Shown: positions 23,058-36,300 of the stretch, piece after piece | How positions within the stretch are numbered: the stretch's first letter is position 1 | How the letters are laid out: each line of letters begins with the position of its first letter | Assembly: GCF_044704955.1 (NCBI RefSeq) | Contig: NC_091990.1 | Coordinates: forward strand, 179,800,001 to 179,864,000 | Origin: Pristiophorus japonicus | Lineage: Eukaryota | DNA length: 64,000 bases | Reading direction: 5' to 3' | Notes under the pieces: model-generated | The model's input: only the letters and a program-made list of their open reading frames with translations | Database searches by the model: none | Told to the model about the DNA's origin: nothing | Made by a program: the position numbers and the translations under genes

Positions 23058-25622
23058 ATAGAAAAATAGAAAATAGGTGCAGGAATAGGCCATTCGGCCC
23101 TTCGAGCCTGCACCACATTCAATAAGATCATGGCTCATCATTCCCTCAGTACCCCTTTCCTGCTTTCTCTCCAAACCTCTTGATCCCTTTAGCTGTAAGG
23201 CCCATATCTAACTCCCTATTGAATATATCCAATGAACTGGCATGAACAACTCTCTGCGGTAGGGAATTCCACAGGGTAACAACTCTCTGAATGAAGAAGT
23301 TTCTCTTCATCGCAGTCCTACCCCTTATTCTTAGACTATGTCCCCTGGTTCTGGACTTCCCCAACATCGGGAATATTCTTCCTGCATCTAACCTGTCCAG
23401 TCCCGTCAGAATTTTATATGTTTCTATGAGATTCCCTCTCATCCTTCTAAACTCCAGTGAATACAGGCCCAGTCGATCCAGTCACTCCTCATATGTCAGT
23501 CCTGTCGTCCCAGGAATCAGTCTGGTGAACCTTCGCTGCACTCCCTCAATAACAAGAACATCCTTCCTCAGATTAGGAGACCAAAACTGAACACAATATT
23601 CCAGGTGAGGTCTCACTAAGGCCCTGTACAACTGCAGTAAGACCTCCCTGCTCCTATACTCAAATCCCTTAGCTATGAAGGCCAACATACCATTTGCCTT
23701 CTTCATGGCCTGCTGTGCCTGCATACCAACTTTCAATGACTGATATACCATGACACTCAGGTCTCGTTGCACCTCCCCTTTTCCTAATCTGCCGCCATTC
23801 AGATAATATGTTGCCTCCGTGTTTTTGCCCCCAAAATGGATAACCTCACATTTATGCACATTATACTGCATCTGCCATGCGCTTGCCCATTCATCTAACC
23901 TGTCCAAGTCACCCTGCAGCCTCTTAGCATCCTCCTCACAGCTCACACCGGCACCCAGCTTAATGTCATCTGCAAACTTGGAGATATTACACTCAATTCC
24001 TTCATCTAAATCATTAATGTATATTGTAAATATCTGGGGTCCCAGCACTGAGCCCTGTGGCACCCCACTAGTCACTGCCTGCCATTCTGAAAAGTACCCG
24101 TTTATCCCGACTCTCTGCTTCCTGTCTGCCAACCAGTTCTCTATCCACATCAGTACATTACCCACAATACCATGTGCTTTAACTTTGCACACCAATCTCT
24201 TGTGTGGGACCTTGTCAAAAGCCTTTTGAAAGTCCAAGTACACCACATCCACTGGTTCTCCCTTGTCCACTCTACCAGTTACATCCTCAAAAAATTCTAG
24301 AAGATTTGTCAAGCATGATTTCCCTTTCATAAATCCATGCTGACGGACCGAGTCTGTCACTGCTTTCCAAATGCGCTGCTTTTTCATCTTTAATAATTGA
24401 TTACAACATTTTCCCCACTACTGATGTCAGGCTAACCAGTCTATAATTACCCGTTTTCTCTCTCCCTCCTTTCTTAAACAGTGGTGTTACATTAGCTACC
24501 CTCCAGTCCATAGGAACTGATCCAGAGTCGATAGACTGTTGGAAAATGATCACCACTGCATCCACTATTTCTAGGGCTACTTCCTTAAGTACTCTGGGAT
24601 GCAGACTATCAGGCCACGGGGATTTATCTGCCTTCAATCCCCTCAATTTCCCTAATACAATTTCCCGCCTGATAAGGATTTCCTTCAGTTCCTGTTTTTC
24701 ACTAGACCCTCGGTCCCCTAGTATTTCCGAAAGATTATTTGTGTCTTTCTTCGTGAAGACAGAACCAAAGTATTTGTTCAACTGGTCTGCCATTTCTTTG
24801 TTCCCCATTATAAATTCACCTGAATCTGACTACATTGGACGTACATTTGTCTTCACTAATCTTTTTCTCTTCACATAGCTATAGAAGCTTTTGCAGTCAG
24901 TTTTTATGTTCCCAGCAAGCTTACTCTCACACTCTATTTTCCCCCTCCTAATTTAACCCTTTGTCCTCCTCTGCTGTATTATAAAATTCTCCCAGTCCTC
25001 AGGTTTGCTGCTTTTTCTGGCCAATTTATATGCCTCTTCCTTAGATTTAACACTATCCCTAATTTCCCTTGTTAGCTACAGTTGAGCCATTTTATTTTTA
25101 TTCCAGACAGGGATGTACAATTGTTGAAGTTCATCCTTGTGATCTTTAAATGTGTGCCATTGCCTATTCACCATCACCCCTTTAAGTATCACTTGCAGTC
25201 TATTCTAGCCAATTCACGTCTCATACCATCGAAGTTACCTTTCCTTAAGTTCAGGATCCTAGTCTCTGAATTAACTGTGTCACTCTCCATCTTAATAAAG
25301 GATTCTACCATATTATGGTCACTCTTCCCCAAGGGGCCTCGCACAACAAGATTGCTAATTAGTCCTTTCTCATTACACATCACCCAGTCTAGGATGGCCA
25401 GCCCTCTAGTTGGTTCCTCGACATATTGGTCTCGAAAACCATCCCTAATACACTCGAGGAAATTCTCCTCAATCACATTGCTACCAATTTGGTTAGCCCA
25501 ATCAATATGTAGATTAAAGTCGCCCATGATAACTGCCGTACCTTTATTGCACGCATCCCTAATTTCTTGTTTGATGCTGTCCCTGCCATCACTACTACTG
25601 TTTGGTGGTATGTACACAAATC
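23058..25622 (-). mobile_element. CR1 LINE, 2.56 kb, endonuclease C-terminus plus RT, nested in another CR1
   Basis: ORFs 25189..25626 (MGDFN...LDWV...SDHN, APE endonuclease), 24401..24808 and 23482..24387 (RT: QGSVLGP, FADD); tail at 23058-23075. Confidence 0.95.
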
Positions 25623-26590
25623 CCACTATTTACAATCTATATTCATGACTTGGAAGAAGGGACTGAGTGTAATGTAGCCAAGTTTACTGATGATACAAAG
25701 ATGGGTGGGAAAGCAAGTTGTGAGGAGGACACAAAGATTCTGCAAAGGGACATAGACAGGCTAAGTGAGTGGGCAAACATTTGGCAGATGGAGCATAATG
25801 TGGGAAAGTGTGAGGTTATCCACCTTATCAGGAAAAATAAAAAAAGCAAATTATTATTTAAATGGAGAGAGATTACTAAATGCTGCAGTACAGCAGGACC
25901 TGGGTGTCTTTGTGCATGAAACACAAAAAGTTAGTCTGCAGATCTGGCAAATAATCAGGAAGTCAAATGGAATGTTGGCCTTTATTGCAAGGGGGCTGGA
26001 GTATAAAAGCAGGGAAGTCCTGCTACAACTGTACAGGGTATTAGTGAGACCACACCTAGAGTACTGCGTACAGTTTTGGTCTCCTTATTTAAGGAGGGAT
26101 ATAATTGCACTGGATGCAGTTCAGAGAAGGTTCATTAGGTTGATTTCAGACTTAAAGGGGTTGACTTATGAAGAAAGGTTGAGCAGGTTGGGCCTATACT
26201 CATTGGAATTTAGAAGAATGAGAGGTGATTTTATTGAAACATGTAAGATACTGAGGAGGCTCAATAAGGTAGATGCAGAGAGGATGTTGCCACTCATAGG
26301 GGAACCTAGAACTAGGAGGCATAATTTTAGAATAAGGGGTCGCCCATTTAGAACTGAGATGAGGAGGAATTTCTTCTCTCAGAGAGTCATAAATCTGTGG
26401 AATTCTCTGCCTTTGAGTTCTGCGGAGGCTGGGTCATTGAATATCTTTAAGGTGGAGATAGTCAGATTTTCAAATGATAAGGTTATGGGAGCATGCAGGG
26501 AAGTGGATTAGCCATTATCTTATTGAATGGCGGAGCAGGCTCGAGGGGCCAAATGGCCTACTCCTGCTCCTATTTCTTATGTTCTTATGT
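25623..26590 (+). mobile_element. CR1 3' portion (host copy resumes)
   Basis: LFTIYIHDLEEG..KFTDDTK; ORF 25765..26511; (TTCTTATG)n tail. Confidence 0.92.
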
Positions 26591-27014
26591 TTCTCCAAAT
26601 TCTGCGAGATTTAGAATTTTCATAACATGCATTTTGTGTGCAATTACTTATCTATATTTCTACCATAATGAGTCAGTTCAGCAAATATTAGGACAATCTT
26701 TCCAGTGACATTAGAAGTCAAGGCCATTTTATTCTGACAAAAATCATTGGGCTATAGTCCTCATTGTGACATTGGAGGTTAATACCAATTCATTGTGGCA
26801 AAGCAGAAGGGCAGATATTTGTATTGTGACATTGTAAATCAGGAACATTTGATGGTAGCTGTCCTCGAGGTTATTGGCTTCTGTTCTGTTGATTTTACAT
26901 GTTACTTCTGGGAAAACTTTGGGGAGTAATTTTTCTGATGGTTGATTGGATGTTACCAATCATCTGAACAGCTAGATGCCATTCCTTAGGATAAAACATG
27001 CCATCAGTCCCACA

Positions 27015-27776
27015 GAGGCCGTGAGGGCCTTATCGGGGGCCACCCCGACCTGCAAGAGAACACCACCGCAGGTCGGGGCTATAAAAAGAGCTGGTGCGTG
27101 CCACTGCAGCTTCCAGCGTGAGCTGCTCTAAGTGTGCGATGGCTTTGAGATGACATCATCAGGACCCAGGTCGCTGTTTGGAGCGCGGGCAGGAGCATCA
27201 GCGGGGCCCTGGTACAGCAGAGGAGCGGGAAGGTCGTGGCGGACTTGCGACGAGTGATCGGGGCGGAGGAGCGATGAGGGATCGTGGCTGAGATTTGGTG
27301 GGTGATCGTGACGGAGGTTCGGCAAATGTTTGGTGTGGAGGTACGGCGGGAGATCGTAGCGGAGGTGCGGCGAGTGTTTTTGTGGTGGAGGAGCGGTGAG
27401 GGATCGTAGCAGAGGTGCAGCGAATGTTTGTGGCAGAGGAGCAGCAGAGAAGCGGCAAGAGATCGTGGTGGAGGTGCGGTCAATGGGGCCCAGAAGAGCC
27501 GAGGGCACAGGGGCAGCAAGGGCCTGCCCACACTGCGATATGTGTGCGCACTAGGTCCGTGCAGCGGAGCAGGTCTCCAGCCATCCTGGTTCAACCCTTG
27601 CCACTGGATAAAGGCCTAACTGATGTGCAATGGTCACCACACATTAAAACAATCCATGTACAGGCAACTTCCACCCCCTCAATTGGTGTTCAGGACTGGA
27701 ACATCCTTCACTGAAACATCTTTGAACTCATGTGGAAGGAAGTCATCATCGTTTGAGAGACTGCCTCTGATGATGA
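27015..27776 (+). mobile_element. Longest copy of the non-autonomous RTE-tailed element
   Basis: GC/CpG-rich 5' part with an 11-bp hairpin (27043-27078), TATAAAAA (27080-27087) and ~22-bp subrepeats (27220-27480); 3' part colinear with the reverse complement of 9739-10068; ends gactgcctctgatgatg. Confidence 0.8.
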
Positions 27777-27989
27777 GTACTATGAGTGACTTAGGAGGTG
27801 CTGGAATGCAAAGATGCCATTCCTTGGATAAAATGTCTAAACTGCCTGGCCTTTCTTAGGTGCATTGCTAAGTACTGAAAATAAAATAGAATGTAATAAC
27901 TGTAGTTCTCTGAGCAAAGTCCCACATAAACTCCTTTCTGTTGACTTCTACCCAGTGACTAAGGAGCACCCTGAATGTTATTATTCTGT

Positions 27990-28870
27990 AACTCTGTGCT
28001 TTATAAAAGGGATTAAGCGATGATAACAGTTGATAGTTGCGTAATATGTCTCTTTAAAGGCTTGCTGCTCTTTAAACCCAATGTAAATTGTGCTTCTCCA
28101 CTGGGGCAATGAATCAGGTATACATGTTGATTAACAACTCCTGTCTGTGAACGTGTGTGGTGGTGTGGTTGCTTTTTGGAATGTCTGCCAATAGATTTGA
28201 AAAACTGTCCTTGACTATGTGCACACAACACACAAGTACTTTTTTCCTGTTGGTATTCGCTTCATAATGCAATACAACAATAAAAGCCCTGCACGTCACT
28301 TGTCTGGAGAAAACAATACCTTAATTCTCTCAATACTGAGACTGAGGGAGGGGCTAAATGGTTTGGGTGCACTGATGAAAGAATCCCCTGACGAAGACGT
28401 GTACAATGTGTAACATGAATCGTGCAGTAAATCAGCCAGCATTCACTTTAGGCTTACTGCATTCCTGCATGTTTATAAGGATTATCTGTCTTGGTTTTCA
28501 GCCAACCCCTCTCCTCCTTTCTTTAATTTGTCTTCTCAATGTTCAAACTTTTATAAGTCAATTCAAGCTCTTAAAGGCCCAGCAACAACAGGCTGGACAT
28601 TTGAGGTGTTTGTGGAATCTATGCATCTACCTAATAATATTAAATAACTTGCAACAAATGGCTTTTAGGCACTGGAGTTTTTGGAAGGAACAATGATATT
28701 GCTTCGTGATGACATCTTTGTGCTACGTAGTTTATCAGTGGCAGCTTTTGCTTTGCATGGGATAAAATTATGCTAACACTTGAGTCTTTGACAAGCCAGC
28801 TTGGGGTATGTAACGACACAACACTCTCGATGGTTTGAAGTTGAACTGTATGTTTGAATTGCATCTGTTT
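27990..28870. promoter_or_regulatory. Candidate intronic enhancer/conserved non-coding element upstream of the sox6 exon
   Basis: No recognisable TE; RUNX-type TGTGGT at 28156 and 28164, SOX-type AACAAT at 28276, 28312 and 28689, CRE-like CACGTCA at 28292; conservation not tested. Confidence 0.35.
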
Positions 28871-31486
28871 GTCATGTGTCCCCCTCTCAGAATGCTATAC
28901 AGATGTGAAACAGGATTTATCTGGCAAAAGTAAGCCAGCAGCAGCACAAACTAACATCTAGGTTTATGGCATTCCAGCCTAAACATAGGTTTATGCTGGT
29001 GGAGGGGCATAAAACCCCCAGAAATGTTGTCAATGCATCATGGTCATATAACCGAGCAACAACTATGATAGAACTCCTGCTACATGATGTAATTAATACT
29101 CTTTAATTAAAATATTTAAAATAAAGGTAATTAAAAGATGCGTCTCCCTGTACCCATTATCTCTGGTTAGAAATTATCCCAAGATGTCTGTACTTGTTTG
29201 TACTTTGAGGGCCTGTGTAATATCTCTGTGGTTGCAAATGATAGGAGTGTTCAGTAGTAGAAGAGAAACCCACACTAATCTGAGCAGAAATAAGCTCTTT
29301 CTAATTAACTAAGTAATATTACACATGTGGGAGTGCGTTGCCTTGAGTTGAAGAAGCACTTGTTTGTACTGAGCGGGAACTAGCGGATCGCAAGCGTAAT
29401 TAAACATAGGAAACCGTGCTGCAATTGTTTTCGGGTTTATATCGCCAAGTGGAGTAAGAATTTCCCCTGTTTATGTTGCACATATGTTGTTTAAAATATG
29501 GTGAAGCTGGGCAGAAAAGATGACCACCTCTGTTTAGTTGAATGGTTCACTTCAAACTGTTGAGTATGTAGTATTAACATTTGTTTTCAAAGAAGATGTC
29601 TTGATTGCACTGTAAAAACATTAAACGGTAATTCTTAAGTAAGTGGAGCAATTAATTTCAAAAAGAAAGAAAAACTTGCATTTCTATAGTGCCCTTCGGA
29701 GGCGAGAGTGCTACAATTTCAATCAAAATGACTTAGTTTCCTCCCTCATGTCTCTTACTGGCTCAGTTTATTCAACCAGCTCCTGGCTATAATGCACAAT
29801 CTTATGTTAGCTGGCTGCTCCACATATGTCAGAAGGCAAATACGCAGTGAAAACAGATGCACTCTGCTGACATCATCGCCAGGTCTCGTCAGGGAGTGTG
29901 CCTGCAGGGAACAATGAAGTTCTGCATAGTTCCTATCTCAATCAGCCTCAAAAACCCAACCAAACAACCAACAACATGTATACAAAATTAATAGTTAGGA
30001 ACTTTATTTTGAGGATTAGTACAGTCTGTTTTGTAATACTTCAAATTGCTTAGTAACTCACTGCCATTCTTAAACATCCTTCATACAGTGGGACATGGCG
30101 GCACTTGCTACTTCTTGTGTTACTTCACTTAACCTCACATGAAAGATGCAACATTTGGCTTGGTCTTACTGTCAAAGAACACTGTTGCTTTAATCTCTGT
30201 GTGGGTATACCAGCAGAAACTTATGTATAGGGATCAGTTCTCACTTTAGGGGGTGCTGAAAAAGTTGTTAATCGCAGAGGAAATATCAGAATGGTAGAAA
30301 TTCACCCTTCGTGTTTTATCTAAAAGAAGGTCTTCGTTATAATTTGTCGCAAAGAAAGTCTGTTCCTGTTGATTAACAGTATTGGTTCTTCTTTCATTCC
30401 CTGCCCTAATACCATTTTCACAATACTTTTGTGGCATTAAGGTAATGAGAAGCACACTAATTTTATTTGCAAAATCCACAAGAGACTTAGTCAAGACTTA
30501 AAGGATGAAACTGTCAGCATTGCATACCCCTGAGAATGTTACTGACATTTGTATATGGTGTTATTTTAAAAGGGTCTTGTGTCAGCATATCCAGCCTTGG
30601 TTAAAGAGTGATTATGGATGTAGCAGTCTGGGGATGAAACCTCCCAGCCAAGCAGCATTCATGTGAGAAAGTGACATCACTGGTTTGAACTAACAACAAA
30701 TTTGCCAGAGTTATTGATCTGTTCACCTTGCTAAGTTTGCTTGAAATTTGTTCGAAGATTTCTTAAAAGTTATTAAATGTATAGAAAGGCAGAAGGAAAC
30801 TTTGAGTGCAGCATTTCCAGACCATTGCTAGATCTAGATCTCTGAAAATGGATTTCCTTCAGATTCTCACAGCAAAATTTCAGGAGTCCAATGCTGGGCC
30901 CAAGGATTAAAAGTGGAAAAACATTATTCCAGTGATGATGATCTGCCCCTAGGTACCTTTAACTACTGCAGATTGTCAATGCTGTACTGAGTGTTATTTT
31001 TAAAATAATAATTGACAGTCTATTCAATTTGATGTTTCTCTGGTGTCTAATTGTCTGGTAGACATATATGACTTCATCTAACAGCACTGCTTTTGTGACA
31101 AAACCAATCAAACCAGACACCACATTACTTGACTTGGTAGCTATCACAAGGATTAGGCTCCAGACTAAAAGACCTGTGTTGAATTCCAGTCTCAGCTGAT
31201 ATCTGGCATCGTGCCTTTCCGAGAGCTTTTGTTAGTCTTTTGTATGGGAAGGAAGGAAAGCTTTTCTGTTCGAATCCCTTTGAACAAATAATGGCACTAA
31301 TGGTGTCCATGGAGGTATCATTGAGCACTTGGTCCTCCCAGCTGAAGATAGCGGCAAGGGAAGGGAATGAAGAAAATAGCAGGGTGGAGGGGAAATGAAA
31401 CATTGTAAATGAAGATCCTCCAACTGTTCCATTTCAATGCTGAGTGTGACTGTGTCGATATAATCTTTTTTTTCTCCTTTTAATAG

Positions 31487-31697
31487 GATTCTGACAACAA
31501 CAAAGTCTGTTCCCTGTACTCCTTCCGCAATGCAACTACCTCACCACACAAGCCAGACGAAGGAGCCCGCGACCGCAGTGACATGATGACTGGTGCTGCT
31601 TTTGGAACACCTGAGCGCCGCAAAGGAAGCTTAGCTGACGTGGTGGACACACTGAAACAGAAGAAGCTCGAAGAAATGACAAAGACTGAACAAGACG
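31487..31697 (+). CDS. sox6: Internal coding exon of SoxD transcription factor SOX6 (N-terminal region upstream of the coiled coil)
   Basis: Polypyrimidine tract + taatAG acceptor (31485-31486), GTatgc donor (31698). Translation [70 protein letters not shown] matches the SOX6 segment I recall ([63 protein letters not shown]); phase 0 to 1, 211 nt. Confidence 0.95.
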
Positions 31698-33394
31698 GTA
31701 TGCATGGGCTACGTTTTCCTCTCGGGTTCCACAAATGGTTAACAAAAATGTGTTGGGTGTGTGGCCAAAACAAATTTGTAGAATTGGCAGTGGTTAAAAA
31801 AAGTTGTCCGATGGTCACTATGGCAACAGCACTTTGAGGTCCATTGGAGAGTTTAGCTAGTATCTCTTTCTTTGATATCTTAAAATTGTGTAATAAAACC
31901 CACTATCTAACTTCCAAAACCAAAACATTTCAATGTTCTTCTTCTCTTGTACCTAAGTTACAAAGCATATTTCTTTTTCTTTACTTTAAGGGGTGGTATC
32001 AGGATAATGAGACCCATCTTATCTGGGGTTTGCATTATGTGGCAGGAAGAGAGATGTTACACCATGTCATCAACCTTTTAAGTCTGTCTTTGATAAGAGA
32101 GCTTCAATCATTACACTGATTCACACTGAGAAACAAAGAAACAAAAGCTAAATGGGTTAGAATACGAAAAGTTTAATCAAACCCCTCCTCCAGCACAGAA
32201 ATAAGTTAATCTCTTATCATAAATGTACTTTTGGATGTTGATTATGAGACAGAGTGCCTGAAATGAGATATTTTGAAAATGCTGAGTCATTGTTGCAGGC
32301 AGGACAAGCTGAGATGTATATATTTACTTAATAGCTGGCCTTTCCAACCTCCACATGAAAGACCTCTTGTTAGACTATAATTCTAGCCTTCTTTTCTTGG
32401 AAATTAAAAGAGACTTTTCATTGTTCTGTTGAATGTCTAACTAAAACATCCTACGCATTGACTGACGACAAGAATATTTTGCTATAAGAATATGATGCAC
32501 ATTTCTAAGGTGAGTGTCTTATGATTGAAGGAACTATGACCAGCCGGTCTGGTAAAGAACAATGAATATCTTTAATTAAAGACCTCTATGCATGCTTTTT
32601 CTGCTCAGATATACAACTTGTTATTTACAAATTTGTATGTGTGTTACGATCACTGGTGCTTCAGTATATATATATATATATATATTTATGTTTTCAAAGT
32701 TTTGAATAGATTTTATGTTCTGCGTACTCCTAGATCAAGTGTAGAGTAACTGTCCCTCTACACAGCCCAATAATGCACCTCAGCTCCAAAATCAGACTAA
32801 CATTTTCCACATCACTGGTGTGACACATCGCACCATGAAGCTTCTAAGATTGTCTCGTTATTAGATCAGAATATTGTGGACTTGTAACACTAGGAACTGG
32901 GTTGAAGCCGTCCAGATTTATTTCATGTAGCACTCTTAAAACTGATAGATAACCAATCTGGTCAACTCTGTGAATAAACGGTCAGTATCAAGTCCCTGTA
33001 AAAAGTCTTTTGAGCATTTCATCAAACTCCTCAGTAGATTTCATCAATCAGTGATATGTCTATAAGCCAGAATTCCAGACCAGCACAAACTGTCTGAAAC
33101 CAGCCATCACTTTCAACAAAGTACACAAGGTTATCAATCAGCAATAACATCATAATATCAACTAGACTAGCAAGACACAAGGCTCAAATGGATTTTCAAC
33201 TGAAATATATAAGCATGCTAGGTCAGCCATTTCAAAATACCACTTCAGAATCTACACACAGATCTGTACTGAAGAAGTGGTTCCTGTATCGTTGAAGGAT
33301 ACATTTGGTGCCACACAGTACAAATCTAAGAGAGACTATGTGGAGATCAGTATTATATCTTGTTCCTGTCTATTATTGGAAGGTTCTTGCCAGG

Positions 33395-36300
33395 ACCTCC
33401 CTTTAAATACCTGGGTGACCAGGCGAGGAGTGTCTCCCACAAGTTCACCCCCTGTGGTCAAGGTGTGCATTTCTTACGTATATGCAGTATTGCAGTATTG
33501 TTACATAAAGGTTACATACATGGCATCACCTCCCCCTCAACATCTTATTAGGATCACAGGTTAAGTCTCTCGGATGGTCTGCACTCTCTCGTGGAGCGCC
33601 GCAGTTGGGGCTCTGGTTGTTGAGCCTTGGCCTGCGTGTCTGTCACCTGTGGTGATTCCGGCCTGTCCGGGCTGACCACAGGGACTGTGCATGCTGCTGA
33701 ATGTTCTTGTTGCTCGTTCTTGTTGCCGGTGGTGTGAATACCATCTCATGATCTTCCTCAGGTTCCTCAGTGTCCATGCTGAACCTTTCTTTTTACTTGG
33801 TCCAGATGCTTGCGGCATATCTGCCCATGGTTAAATTTAACCACTATGACCCTATTCCCCTCTTTGTCTATTACAGTACCTTCAAGCCATTTGGGCCCCA
33901 AAGCGTGATTGAGAACAAATACGGGGTCCTGAATTTCTATACACCTTCCCCTTGAATTTCGGTCATGGTACTCGTTTTGGGACTGGCGCTTGCCCTCAAC
34001 AATGTTGGACAGGACTGGATGAATTAGGGACAGCCGAGTTTTGAGTGTTTCATGAGTAGCTCCGCGGGCGGGACCCCCGTGAGCGAGTGCGGTCGGGACC
34101 TATAGGCCAGCAGGAGGCGCGATAGGTGGCATTGAAGGGAGGGTCCTTGAATCCAGAGCATGCCTTGCTTTATGATTTGGACCGCACGTTCCACCTGGCC
34201 ATTGGAGGCCGGCTTGAACGGTGCTGTCTTGGTATGGTTAATGCCATTACCTGACATGAACTCTCTGAATTTGTAGCTTGTGAAATATGGGCCATTATCG
34301 CTAACAAGGATGTCCGGCAAGCCGTGGGTCGCAAAGACCGCGTGCAGACTCTCCACAGTGGTGGATGTCTTGCACGAATTCAAAATGATGCACTCGATCC
34401 ATTTCGAGTACGCATCAACCACAATGAGAAACATTTTTCCCATGAATGGGCCCGCGTAGTCTACATGAATACATGACCATGGCCTGGTCTGAATCAATTC
34501 CCGGCCACCACACATGTGACCGGGCAATGGCCTTCATCAGCATGATGCCTGGGTGCTAGCTGTGGAGTTCCCTGGTGAATGCTTCCCTGCCCCTCTGGGG
34601 AATGACTACCCGGCAGCCCCATAGTAGGCAGTCGGCTTGGATGGAGAGCTCGTCCATCCGTCCATCCGCCTGTGAAACGGTCTGACCTCCTCAGGGCATG
34701 CTCCGTGTGCGGGCGCTCAATCCCCAGTCAGGACACATTTCTTAATCAAGGATAGGAGGGGATATCTGTTGGTCCAGATTTTGATCTGGCGGGCTGTGAT
34801 GGGGGAGCTGCGCTGTCAAAGGCATCGACAGCCATGACCATTTCAGCGCTTTGCTCCGCTGCCCCCTCAGTGGTGGCCAGTGGAAGCCTGCTGAGCGCGT
34901 CAGTGCAATTTTCGGTGCCTGGCCGGTGCCATATGGTGTAGTCATACGCAGCGAGCGTGAGAGCCCATCGCGGTATGCGAGCTGACGCATTGGCATTGAC
35001 AGCCTTGCTGTCTGACAGTTCAAGAGTCCCAGAAATGAACGCAACTCCGATGTGTTGCAGGGCCTGGGCGCTCGTTGAATCGCCTCCGTTTTGGATTCGG
35101 TGGGCCGAATCCCATCTGCACCATCTCCTGCCCAGAAACTCGAGCTCGGGAGCCAAAAACACATACTTAGACTTCTTGAGTCGCAGGCCTACCCGGTCCA
35201 GTCGGCGTAGCACCTCCTTCAGGTTGTGGAGGTGTTCCTCGGAGTCACGACCTGTGATGAGGATGTCGTCCTGAAATACGATTGTTTCAGGAATGGATTT
35301 GAGCAGGCTTTCCATGTTTCTTTGAAAAATCGTGGCCGCTGATCGAATGCCAAACGGACACCTGTTGTAGACAAACAGTCCCTTGTGCGTGGTGATGGTG
35401 GTCAGTAGTTTAGATTCGTCGGCCAGTTCTTGGGTCACATAGGCTGAAGTGAGGTCCAACTTGGTGAACAGCTTGCCGCCTGCCAGCGTGGCATAAAGGT
35501 TCTCCGCTCTCAGGAGCAGGTATTGGTCTTGTAGGGACACTCGGTTGATAGTGGCCTTGTAGTCGCCACAGATCCTGACCAAGCCATCCACTTTTAGGAC
35601 GGGAACGATGGGGCTTGCTCAGTCGCTGAAATCAACGGGCGAGATGATGCCCTCCCTCAACAACCGGTCCAACTCGCTCTCAATTTTCTTCTGCATCACA
35701 TACGGCACAGCACTGGCTTTGTGGTGCACTGGTCTGGCATCTGGGGTGATGCGTATCACTACTTTGGTACCTTTGAATGTCCTGACGCCAGGTTGAAATA
35801 GTGACTCAAATTGCTGTAGGACCTGTGAGCATGAACTTCGCTCCACAGATGACATGGCGTGCACATCCCCCCATTTCCAGTTCATCTCAGCTAACCAGCT
35901 CCTCCCCAACAGTGCGGGACCATTGCCCAGGACAATCCAGAGCGGCAGCTGGTTCACCGATCCATTGTGCGTGACCGCTAACATTGCACTGCCTAGCACT
36001 GGAATGATTTCTTTGGTGTATGTCCGTAATTGCGTCTCAATGCGTTCTAGTTTGGATCTGCTCGCTTTGAGTGGCCACAGCTTTTCGAATTGTTGAATAC
36101 TCATGAGTGACTGGCTGGCCCCCGTGTCCAGCTCCATGCGTACAGGGATGCAGTTTAATAGAACCTTCATCATCATAGGTGGCGTTTTGGTATATGAGCT
36201 GTGAATGTTTGCCACATGAACCCGCTGAATCTCAGCGTCCATTGTTTTGCCCCAAGCGTCAAGCTGCCTTGCAGACCCCTCAAGTGGTTCATCCACCTCG

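Noticed and set aside
27079-27714. Several Pro/Arg/Ser-rich ORFs on both strands
   Set aside because: They arise from GC-rich subrepeats of a non-coding mobile element; no recognisable domain
28371-28425. CTGATGA and CTGACGA motifs followed by a small stem, hammerhead-like
   Set aside because: No correctly placed GAAA and no stem I/III pairing
30841-30952. Short open frame ending in AG|GTACC, possible additional exon
   Set aside because: No similarity to the SOX6 N-terminus, no good acceptor or in-frame ATG, and its phase (1) does not fit the phase-0 acceptor at 31487
31583-31837. ORF-track 84-aa ORF as a complete gene
   Set aside because: SOX6 similarity starts upstream at the 31487 acceptor and ends at the GT donor at 31698; the remainder is intron read-through
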